64,000 nt of DNA from Gracilinanus agilis (lineage: Eukaryota), in NCBI RefSeq assembly GCF_016433145.1, contig NC_058134.1:292421770-292485769 (forward strand), read 5' to 3'. Under the pieces are notes generated by a model. It was not told the DNA's origin. It searched no databases and saw only the letters and a list, made by a program, of their open reading frames with translations. The translations under genes were made by a program, and so were the position numbers. Numbering within the stretch: position 1 is the first letter of the stretch; each line of letters begins with the position of its first letter. Positions 1-11,300 of this stretch are shown piece after piece.

Positions 1-420
1 GTGTACGTACTCATCCCGAGCGAGCGAGCCCAAGTTTCTTAAAAGGCAGGAGCTGATTTTCATTTTGTCAAAGGGAGCTCCCCGCCTGGGTGGGGAGAGG
101 AGGGGACGTGCTGATTTGGTTTTCTCATTTTACGAATGAGGAAAAGACCTGCAGAGCCTGAGCCGCCTGCCCGCTGGGTCCCGCCGCCACGGGAGGTCCG
201 ACTCCGACTCCGGAAGCAGAGTTTCGGCAGGAATTTTCTGGTTCATTCCAATTTATGCTATTCATGAAAATAACCAACATAAATCCCTGTCCCCAGTGAT
301 GAATGAGACTCTGGGGCGTCCGCTTTGAGCCATAGAGCAGCGCTTGGCCTGGAGGCTTTCTCGAGGCCAAGCCGGGGCTCTTCACACTGAGTCAGGAGGC
401 CAGCATCGGCTCAGAAGTCT
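1..420. promoter_or_regulatory. 3' edge of CpG-rich region at the start of CERS5 intron 1
   Basis: High GC and CpG density (cgagcgagcgag, ccgccgccacgg) at the window start; CERS5 exon 1 is not found inside the window. Confidence 0.55.
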
Positions 421-2589
421 GCCAGGGAAGCTTCTGAACCCAAGACGGCTCACACTTCAGTTAGCCTGTTTGCTTTATGTCGAAGCATAGAATGATGGAC
501 CTGAGAGATGGCCCAGCCCTGCCCTCCCATCCTCTGGCTGAGGAGAATGAAGATGATGATCCAAGGGAGGAGTGAGCTGCCAGGATGGCCTCAAGTGCAA
601 GCCGCCCATATTTGTATTACGACACTTGACTGTGAGAGAACAACCATTATACACAAGATATTTTATCAGCAAATTGTAAAGGAATATGTTTTACATCATT
701 GGCTGGTTGCTTGGAAATTTCAGGAAGTAGAATGGGATGCTTAGTTCCTTAGGAACAGTGCTCATTGGGCCCAAGAACTTTTATTTTGTTGAGGGGGTCT
801 GGGGAAGCACCTCAGGGCATTAGCTGTCCATCTCCTAAGCCATCTGATCTCTTTCCCATCTATTCCAAGTGAGGCCTAATAAAGCTAAGAGACTTGCCCA
901 GAAGTCACATGGAGGCAGAGGCTGGGGCCGGGCAGCTTTCAAACCTGGACCCCCTCCCTAGATGATGCTGTTTTCCCAAGACCACCTACCCTCTTGTGTC
1001 TGGCCACACTGCCAGAAGGAAGAAGAGCAGCCAATTACAGGCAGGTGTAGACCGAAGGGAAGTGCATCAAGTTTCTCATTTTCTCTCCCAGGGCTGGGGT
1101 CCTGGTTCTTCAGGGCTCTTTCGGGCCAGGGCTGGCTTTGACTCCTGAAAAGTCGCTGCAGGACCTTTTCTTGGCTCTGACACTCTTGAGAGTGGTCTCT
1201 CTACATTGCCATGGGGAGATTTTTATGTTTTAAGATTGGGGGGGCTGTTTTTTAGGGAGTAGGTGGGAACTGGTTCTGTGATCTCATTAGTTAAGGGAGA
1301 GGCTTCTTACAGTTTCAGAGAGTTACCTGGGATTTAAAAATTTGCCCAGAGTCATGTATTCAGTGCTTTTAGTCCCAGCTGCCTTGGTACCCCATTGGGG
1401 TTGTTCTTGCAAAGATATCGGGGTGGTTTACCATTGCCTTCTCTAGGTCATTTTGCAGACAAGGAAATGGAGGCAAACAGGGTTAAATGACTTGCCCAGG
1501 TCACACAGTGAATGAGTGTCTAAGGCCATATTTGAACTCAGAAGGAGGAGTCTTCCAGGTCCCCCTCGCTGTCCCCAGAGTCCTACGGAGCCAGTATGCA
1601 TCTTTGGGGCTCTGTTCATACTACGCCACACCGGCTGTCCTGTTAGGAGACACAGTCCATATTAGGCACCTGGAACAAAGACCTTTAGTTCTCCCTTCAG
1701 GAAAGCCGCCTGGTTGGGGAATGAGCTGCCTTGAAAGACAGGGAGTGCCCAGTAGGTGGGTGTATACCTGTTGGATGTTGTGTTTAGATCATAAAATGGA
1801 AAATGCCGTGGATTTTTAGCTCCAGCTCTCTAGGTGCACGTCCCAGCTCTGCTAATTCGCAAGTCAATCCCGGGTGAAGCAGTTGAGCTTTCTGCAGCTG
1901 GTGGGTGCTGGACAGTGTCTTTTCAGTGTCCTTTCAGTGTCCTCTCAGCTGGTGTTTCTGCCCTTGCCTTTCCCCGAGCTTCTGGGTGCTTCCTTCAGCC
2001 CCGGCCTGGGCTCAATGGGGAGGCTTACATTAGAGTCCTCAGGGGCATCAGGAAAGAAATACCAGCCTTGTTATTCTGGGGAGGAGGCTGCCATGGCATG
2101 GCCACCTTCCACCATTTAAGCCATCCTTTCCAAACATTTTTGATCAGATGTTCATCCCCTCCACAAAACCCGCCTGAGCCTGCCCCCCCCCCCGGGTAGA
2201 TAAATTCATCTGTGCTACAAATAATCGTGAAGCGGGCACAAATGAGAGAAAGGTGATTAAGTATTAGTTTTTGTTTTTAACCTGAACTGGTTCACCAACT
2301 GCAGTGGCAAGTGAGGACTTTTCCTATTTGCAATCAGTGAAGCCTGGGGACTTGAGGCAGTCTTTGCCAGAAGCAGGTCTCCCCTTCTGGTCTTTCTTCC
2401 TCCTCCCTTACCTTTCTGAGGAGGAGTGAGAGTCTTGAAATTGAATGGGATTCGCCATGATTTTAAGTTCATTCTGTTTTGCTTCTTGGTTTTAATGGCT
2501 GCGATGCCTGGAAAAGATGCCCAGATCCAGATAGAAGTACATTGCTGGAAGCACTTGCCAATAGTGATACTCATTTATTTATTTTTTCA

Positions 2590-2775
2590 CCTTTGCCTTC
2601 AATCTTAGGATGGATATTAAATATTGGTTCCAAGGCAGAAGAGAGCTAAGAGCTAGGCAATTGGGGTGAAGTGACTTGCCCAAGGTCTCATAGCAAGGCC
2701 TTATCTGAAGTCACATTTGAACCCAGGACCTCCTGTTTCCAGGACTTTCTATCTGCTGAGCCTCCAAGCTACCCC
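2590..2775 (-). mobile_element. Older marsupial SINE1/core-SINE copy
   Basis: ttggttccaaggcagaagag...gtgacttgcccaaggtc...gctgagcc...agctacccc is the reverse of the SINE1 layout. Confidence 0.7.
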
Positions 2776-3564
2776 AATATTCATTTTTCAGCCCTGTCTA
2801 CCAATTCTGCAAGTTTTTTGTTGAAATTTCAATAGTAAGTTTTCATCTTCCCTGATTTCTGTTTTTGCCTTTTCTTTATTTCTCCAACACTTAGCATAGC
2901 ACTTGGTGCATCGTTTATAAGTGCTTGGTCTTGCAAATTAATTTGAAGCTGTTAGATTTTTATATTTTTCACAGATGGTTCAAAAACTTGTCATTTGGAA
3001 TATATTTAATCAGGTTAGAAAGTTCCGTTTCCAGGTTTTTTAATCATTACAGTTGGAGGGTTTTTATAGGTGGCATGCCCCAGTTGAGAGCTGATAACTC
3101 AAGTTTTACAGCAGGTACTTAGGGCAAAGTTCATTGGTGAGGACAGTAGATTCATATTTTGCATAACGTTGATCAAATGCCTTTTTTTATCTTTTTTATC
3201 TTATTTGTTTAAATTCTTATTGCCTTTACCTTGTAATGGAGATGAGAAAGAACTCAGATGATCTGAACTGTCTGCTCTGTGCTTTTCTTGTTTCCTTGCG
3301 TTCACTTTGTTGGGTTTCGCTATACCAGATTCTTTGCAAGAATCTTTTTTAAGCTCCCCTTTTTAAAGCTATATTTTGTGAGGGTTGTTAGAACTAAATA
3401 ACTGGTCAAACTACAGTACATCTTAGTACGTTGGAGCAAAACAGAAAGGGCGAGGTAGCCACTCTATTAAAGACTGTGAACAACTACTTTTCAGATGTCC
3501 CAAGTAGTTTATGACATGTGAGCACCAGCTCTACATATGGAGTTAGAATACATTAGTTGTTTTT

Positions 3565-3765
3565 TTTTCAAACCCTTATCTTCCTTCTTAGAATCAGTAC
3601 TGGGTATCGGTTCCAAGGCAGAAGAGCAGTAAGGGATAGGCAGTTGAGGTTAAGTGACTTGCCCAGGGTCACACAGCTAGGAAGTTAGCTGAGGCCAGGC
3701 TTGAAACCAGGTCTTCTAATTTCTAAACCTGGCTTTTCTATGCACTGAGCCACCTAGCTGCTCCT
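3565..3765 (-). mobile_element. Marsupial SINE1/core-SINE copy
   Basis: aaacccttatcttcc...aaggcagaagagc...gacttgcccagggtcacacagctaggaag...gagccacctagctgc. Confidence 0.75.
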
Positions 3766-4599
3766 GTACATTAAATATTGATAAAGCCTAATTCTAAAGA
3801 TAAAAACAAGTGTAAAGAGAAGTTCTTACATTTTCTTCCTGTACCCCAGTGGATCATGCCCCACATTAGTGATAAGGACCACAGATTTCGAACTAGAAGG
3901 ACTTTAAGGATCATTTAGTAGAAGCTCATTTTACAGCTGAAGAAACTGGGAGCCAGAGAGGGGAAGCCGATTGGCCCAAACTCAAAAAAAAAAAAAAATA
4001 GGTAGTAAGTGGTAGAAGCAGGATTTGAACTCAAATCCTCTGTACTGTACTGCTTCTTTAAACCAAGTTATATCTGAAATAGTAATCCCCTCCACAACAT
4101 ACACAATGAGTGGTCATGAATGATCCTGACTTTGCTTGAAGATCCATAATTAGGAAGTGGCCAGTTCCATTTTTAGTAGCCATAATTGTTGGGAAGGTTT
4201 TCCTTACACTGAGTCTAAATCTCACTCTGCACCTTCTGCTCGTTGGGCCTTGCCTATGTCTGTCTGTCTGTCTGTCTATCATCTGAGGCCAAACAGTCCT
4301 TCTTATGATATTCCTCAGATGCTTCTCCACGTTAACCCCCTAGTTCATTTAGCCTCGCCTCCTCCAGGATTCCTTCAGAGCTCTTCCTATCCAGATCTCA
4401 AGCTTTTTGTAATCGAGGTTGCACCAGGCATGGTTTCCCTGGAGCGCAGTCCTTTCCACCACAGCACTACTACGAAACTATGCTAAGCTCAGGGGAAGAA
4501 ATTTAAGGACTTTAAATTCAACAAATATTCACTAAGCAATTACGATGTGCAAGACGAGGGATGAATCTCAGAAGTAACTGTAGAAACACACAATTGGAT

Positions 4600-7150
4600 A
4601 GTTAGAAGAGATCTCAGCAGCCCTTTAACCCATGCACAGAAAGGATCCCTTCCATATCTCCAACATGAAGACCTCCTGGGGGACTCACTACTGCCCAAGC
4701 CGTCCATTCCACTTTTGGACAACTGTAATTGTTATAAGACCTAAATTAGCCTCTTTGCATCTTTTGTCCAGTGCTCTTGGTCTCACCCTCGGAGGCAAAA
4801 CAGAAAAAACTAGTCTGGATCCTTCCCACATGTAAGTCCTTCAATAACAGCTGTCATGGTGTCCCCTCCCACCTTCCAGGCTTCTCTTCAATGGGTTAAA
4901 TGTGCTTGAACAGTTCCCTGCAGCCTATCCTTAATGCAACATAGACTCAAGGCTTTTCAGCATTCTTTTGCCTACTTCTGGATATTCTCCAGTTTTTCGG
5001 GATCCTTCTTAAGACATGGTGCCCAAAACTGAACCTCCTCCAAATGTGGTGTCCTGAGGACAGAACACAGTGGAATGATCACTTCCCATTCCCCATCTCC
5101 CTTTTAATGTGTTTCCAGCTCATGTTAGCTTTTGTGGTTACCACATCACCCTGTTGACTGGTATTGAGATTACATTCCATTAAAAATCCTCTTTGGAGTA
5201 GCCATTGCCTATTGTGCCTCCCTCATCTAATTGTGAAATTGGGGGGGGGGGGAGGTTTGTATCCAAGGGAAAAATTTTACATTTATCCCTGTAGAATTTC
5301 ATCTTATTAGATTCCGGCTAGTACTCTAACCTTTTAAAAGCCTAACGCATTGTTATCCAGTGTTTTAGCTCTCCTCACCTTTGTGTAACCTGCTGGTGTG
5401 ATGAGGGTATGTTCCATCTGTGACTTCATCCACTGATGGAGAGCCAACCAGATTCCTGGGGCATTTCCCAAGACCTTGGCCATGCTGGTGTTGAACCATT
5501 AACTATCTTTTGAGTCTGGCCATACAATCGATTTTGATTAGGATTGTATTTTTGCCTAATCCAGATCTCTCTGTCTTCTCTACAAGAATAGTATGAAATA
5601 TTTTATTAAAAGCTTTGCTAAATCTAGGCCAGCTATATCTTCATCATTTCTCTCATCTATAAATTTGGTATTCCTTTCAAAAAAATAATGAGCCAAGCAT
5701 TGTTTTTGATGAAGCTCAGTCTGGCTTTTTGCAATCACAGCTTTCCTTTCTAGATACTTTGAATTGTCTTCTGGGATTTTCCCAGGAATCAAAAGTCAAA
5801 CTTAATGGCCTACAATCTCTTGTTCTCCAGTTTTATGGTGGTACTTCTATTTTCTGTGACCTTTTCAATTCTACTTACAGCAGCTCAGAGGTCATAGCTG
5901 CTGATTCTTTGGAGCCCCTAGGATGAAGTTCATCTGGGACTTGAATTCATTCAGGGGCAGCCAACTATCATCTTACTGTCTCCTTAATCTTGGGTTTCAA
6001 CTTGCTGGTAATCATTTTTGTACTCTTATTTCCAGTATAAAAGATCCTTTTCTTTTGCCAATAATAGACGAAATAATAATTGAACAACTCTGCTGTCTCT
6101 TGTTTGTCAGTTATCATCACCCCATCCACCCTGAGCAAAGGTCCTATCTCTTCTTTGCTCCTCCCCCTTTTTTTTAGAAGAGCTAAAAAATAAGCAGAAA
6201 CCTCTTTATTTTTTTTTTTTTTGGTTTTTTTTTTTTTACATTTATTAATATTCATTTTTAACATGGTTACATGATTCATGCTCCTCCTTTCCCCTTCAAC
6301 CCCCCCTCCCCGCACCCCCCCTACCCATGCGCATTTCCACTAGTTTTGTCATGTGTCCTTGATCAAGACCAATTTCCAAATTGTTGGTAGTTGCATTGGT
6401 GTGGTAGTTTCGAGTCTACACCCTCAATCATGTCCACCCCAACCCATGCGTTCATGCAGTTGTTTTTCCTATATGTTTCCTCTCCTGCAGTCTCTTCCTC
6501 TGAATGTGGGTAGCATCTTTACCATAAATCCCTCAGAATTGTCCTGGGTCATTGCATTGAAACCTCTTTATTTTGGTGGTGGTTGTCCTTAGTTTCCCCT
6601 CACCAACCTTGGCTCATTTCCAGCTTTAGCATTTAAGATACTTTTGTACAGATATGTCATCTCTTATATTCATGTTCTGTTAACTAGTCTTCTGTCTTCT
6701 GAACATTTCTTTTTTAACATTTAAAATGATAACTTAAGGTGTGTTTCAAATTCTGGATTGATTTCCCCTCCTTTATTATCAATTCTAAGGTGGAGTGGTT
6801 ACTTTCCCCCAAGATTCCTATCCTTTCCACCAGAACAACTAGTTCTATGTTAGCAAGAATTCAATCCAGAATAGAATCTTCCTTGGTTGGTTCCTTTACC
6901 CTTTGAAAGATCACATCATCAGTAAGGCAAATCAAGAAATTATTACTCGCTCTGCTTTTAGCAGACAAGAGAGCTTTAGTGGATGTGTGGATAATTGAGA
7001 TCCCACAGAATTGCCAGACTCGTGATCTGTTTCTCAAATTACTCATCTAAATTTCCTCTTTCTGAACAAGTAGTCTGGAATGTAGTCCAATGACAAAACT
7101 ATTTCTGTTTCCTCTCCATCATGCTTCCCCCTTTGGTTCCTGAATTTCCT
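4600..7150 (-). mobile_element. Ancient CR1/L3 LINE, decayed ORF2, interrupted by L1; boundaries approximate
   Basis: Minus-strand peptides IPGKIPE...KFIDERNDEDIAGLDLAK (compare CR1 RT VDxxYLDFSKAF), DKQETAELFNYYF, and QRVKEPTKEDSILD (endonuclease region). Confidence 0.7.
6213..6558 (-). mobile_element. 5'-truncated young L1 (3'UTR plus polyA) with 16-bp TSD gaaacctctttatttt (6197-6212, 6559-6574)
   Basis: Poly-T, L1 3'UTR-like sequence and an exact flanking duplication. Confidence 0.85.
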
Positions 7151-8223
7151 CACATGAATACACCTCCTCAATATACTTTTACCCTCTTGCTCGTTTACCT
7201 ACTTCATTTCTTTTCAGTAAGATACAAGTACTTGCCCAAAGCCATAGTCCAGTCATGAGTTTCATCTTGCTAAGTCTCTGAGATAACTGTGAACTCAAAT
7301 TGACTCTTTGTACCAGGACGTATTATTTGCTACCCAGTATAATGCCTGAAGCATAAATCTCCTTTATAATGTATCCCTGACACAATCATCCATCCTCTAT
7401 TTGAAGGCTTCTAATGATGGAGTAATCACTACTCCTCAAAGGCATTCTTTTTCATCTTTGGATGCTTCCAGGCCTAGAAAACTCTTCTATTTAGTTATAA
7501 TCAACTTCTCTGATATTTCCATATAGTCATTCTAATTTTTTCTTTTGTGACCAAGCAGAATTAGACTACTCTGTCTTCTAAATGAGAGCCTTTCAGGTAA
7601 CTAAAGCCTGAAATCATACCTCATATACCACCACTCTCCTCCACTTAAAAAATCTCTGGTTCTGCATATAATCTCCTTCTTTCACAGCTTCCTGGCTGCC
7701 CTTCTCTGACTAGGCTCTGGTTTGTCATTGGCCTTTCTGAAGTGAATGCTTTGAATTGAACTCAGTACTCTAGATGGAGACCAGAGCTGAGCACAGCAGT
7801 TATCCCAACCCATTTGGATGGAGGGGATGATCATAATCTAGTCCACCGCTGGTGAACCTTTTAGAGATTGTGTGCTCAAACTGCGCCTTCCAGATGCCTG
7901 TGAGCCCCTGCATTACCCCAGAGAGCAGAGGGAGGAAGTGCTCATATTGGGTGGCTGGATCTCCATCCAGGATGGGGCTCCTGGAGAAGAGGGGAGGAGA
8001 GGATGTGGGGAGCAGTCCCTCTGGCACGAGGAAGCACGGTGCCATATCTTCACCAACATGGATTCTAGTCAATTAGTGGCAGGCTCTGAAATGAAATGTA
8101 AAAGTTTTAACTCTCAGCACATTGCTAGCCCCTGTGGATCCCACCATCTTCCAATCAAGTTCTTTCCTTCCTGAAACAAATTATAATTATGTTTAGACTT
8201 GGCCTTTGGCTTGCTCACTGCAG

Positions 8224-8329
8224 GTTTATTGCAAAACCATGTGCAGTTCATCTTGGCATCCAGGAGAAAGTTCCTCACCAGGCAGATCCCAATGCCATCC
8301 TTGAGAAGGTATACACATCCATCACCAAG
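8224..8329 (+). CDS. CERS5: CERS5 exon 2 (106 nt)
   Basis: tgcag|G TTT ATT GCA...ACC AAG|gtgagt; [35 protein letters not shown]; not in the ORF track. Confidence 0.95.
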
Positions 8330-11300
8330 GTGAGTAGCTAGAAAAGGGGAGAAATCATCTCTTAGGGGAAAGGTTTTGTCAGGGATGTGAGCAGGGGGAG
8401 ACAATATCTGACTGGTTTTTACCCTAAGAGAGGGGGTCCAGGCTTCCAGAGCTACAATAGAGAACAGGTCAGGAACTGATGGAGCTGCACTCCGGCCAGG
8501 TCCTACTTGGTTTCTATGAGCCAGTGTCTACCACATCCTGTTCTGAAAGGGGGAGATGGAGCATATATGACTCAATTGACTTTAGGCAGGAGATCGGATA
8601 AAAATGAGCCAAGAAGACCCTTCATTGTATAGGGCAGGGGATCTCTTCTGCATCTGCAGGGACTGGGGCAATGTTCTGATTATGGTCTTCCATCTGCAGT
8701 GTCCTGATGGGAAAAGGCTAGAGGGCCTCTCAAAGCAGCTGGATTGGGATGTCCGAAAAATCCAAGGCTGGTTTCGCCATCGGAGGAACCAAGACAAGCC
8801 CCCAACACTCACTAAATTCTGTGAGAGCATGTAGGTGTGCAGGCTGGGGAGTGAGGAGGTGGGTAGGGACAGGCTGCTCTCTCCCTTTGTATCAGGCACC
8901 TGTGGCTGGGGGTGAGTCAGCACATGGGCGCTAGTGCAGAATCCTTGGGTATTATCTGTAAGTACCTCTGAAGAGGGAGGACTGTGGAGGCTTGTCATTC
9001 TTGACATCTTGGCCCCCCTGAGTACTAATTAAGCCAGATGGACTTCTAGCCTGTTCTGTGTAGGAGGCAATTTCAAGGCTGTGCACAGCCATAAATACTG
9101 CTGGGTGGTGCCAACTCTGATATGACCTGTCATCTGGGAAGCAGGGAGTTGGGAGGCTGCTCCTTGGCCATTTGCATAAAAAGGGAAAATTAAGCATTTT
9201 TCTGGGCTCCACCCTTCTCTAGACCCACTCCCTCCCAGCACGGAGCCTATTCAGAAGACAGAAAAGTAAATGATACCCAGTGAAACAGATATCACAAACA
9301 GAGGCCAGAGAATAATTATAGAGCATGCACACACTAGCGGGTGTCCCTAGCCTAAATTCTTATTCTGGGATCTTATCAGTAGCCTGAAACTGGCCCGTCT
9401 AGACAGATACCATTATGACTTCCCCTTCCCTCCCTACCCCAAACTTCCCAGAGACTTTGTGGTAGTTGGGCTTCTGTCTAACCTCAGCTCTCTCCTTGCC
9501 TAGGTGGAGGTTCACTTTTTATTTATGTATATTCGCCTATGGAATCCGGTTTCTCTGGTCGGTGAGTCTGACCTGGCCACTTGTTGTTGCTCTATTAGCT
9601 CCGGTCCTGGGTGTCAGAGTTGAGAGCCTGCCTCTTTTTCTTGTTTTTTTTTTTTCCTTTTAATGGTCCCATCCCAGGCTTAAATGCTATGCAAATTGTA
9701 TCCTTCCTAAGAAAGCTGCCCTGAGGAGGTCTAAAGTAGGAGTTCTGAACTTTTGGGGAGGCCATAGATCCCTTGGGCAGTCCGGCAAATCTAGGGACCC
9801 CTTCTCAGAATTGTGTTCTTTAAATAATAGAAGAAAATGCTAAGTTTCGGTGAGAAGTTAGTGAAAATAAAGATGTCATTTTTCCTCATCTAACTTCTCA
9901 GACTCCCTGAAATCTAGACATTGATCCCAAGTTGGAACTCTCTCTCTAAAGGGTTCTGCGGAAGGGCAGCTTTTGACTTCTTAACTTGGCCTTTTTTTCA
10001 TGGTACTATTTGAATCAAATGAAGCCTTTCCCTCCTGCTATTTCCCAGTGTGCAGGTGGAATTTTATGGGCAGACTCCGTTGTTCCACCTACCTTGCCTT
10101 TCCCTCAAGCTACCTCCAAAGCATTTTATACCTGTGGAATAACAGTTTTATTGTCTTGAACAAATTGAATTGGAAGTTGGCTGCAGATTCATCTTTCCTT
10201 TCCTTCACCTCTCCCGTGACAAAAGAGTAGGAATGTTAGGTTAAAAGGATCTCAGGACCAAGCTGGATCCCTGCAGACTGACCGAGGTTCTCTGTTCTTT
10301 CCTCAGTCACCCTGGTTCTGGGACACCCGACAGTGCTGGCACAGATACCCCTACCAGGTAAGAATGAAGACTTCAACAAAAAGCCCCAAAATCTCAGAGA
10401 TCTCAGCTGCAGGGGCCCAGACGGGTCTATCCGGAGTGACATTGTTCTCCTTTTGCCCATGGTTGTAGCCTGGTGGAGAAACAGGGCAGAAAGGAAGTCT
10501 CTCCCTGGTGTTCCGAGCCCAAAAGAAGATTGTTGTCTAGGCCAAAGCTAAGGCCAATTCTTGGGGAGGAGTCACTCTGCATAGAGGCTTTTCTTTTTAA
10601 AAAGGAAAGGCAGCAGCTTTGATTCACTGATGTTCTAACTAGTTCTTATCTTTCCTAGCCTCTCACACCGGGCCTTTACTACTACTATATCATGGAACTG
10701 GCCTTTTATTGGTCTCTTATGTTTTCTCAATTTATAGACATTAAGCGAAAGGTAAGAACATTGTCTCCCAATGTGCTCCTATCTTTCTCCTCCCATTCTT
10801 CTCTAGTAAATACCTTTACTACCACTGATGGATCCTCTTTTCCCTGGTCAGGATCTCAAAAGAATAGGTGGTAGGTTTAATGGGGTTGTCATTTGGGGAA
10901 GAGAATGTTATATAGCATTGGGAAACAAGGATTTATGGATGTGCTCAGTTCTGTTTTAGACCCTGAGAGCAGATCTGAGCTAAGAGACAAGTACCTGGCA
11001 GAACTCAAATGAAATAACAAAGTACTGTTCAAACAAATGAGAGGACAAAGTAAGGATTTAGGACTGTTGGGATGTGAATTCTACCTGCAGTTGGTGATCC
11101 CTGTTTTGTGTATCCTCCTCTCGACACTTTGGTTCTAAGAATCACAAATCATTAGAGCCAGAAGAAATTTTAGAAATCATTTTGCTCAGATCCCTAATTT
11201 TGTCCAGATTGAAAAAAGAGCCATTGGGAGAACTTCATTTTATAGATAAGGAGACTGACTTTTTCACAGTCACACAGTGAATTAATGGCAGAGTTTAGAA

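Noticed and set aside
3236-3345. Possible C/D snoRNA or hairpin (GATGA...CTGA; agattctt/aagaatct stem)
   Set aside because: No canonical RUGAUGA box C, spacing too short, and an 8-bp stem is expected by chance
3329-3517. Candidate cryptic exon in CERS5 intron 1 (ataccag ... CAT|gtgagc)
   Set aside because: Splice-like sites only; no coding similarity or other support; common in long introns
8760-8775. CERS5 Hox-like helix reads IQGWF rather than the remembered human IQCWF
   Set aside because: Single substitution at a position that varies among CerS paralogues; no basis for a functional claim
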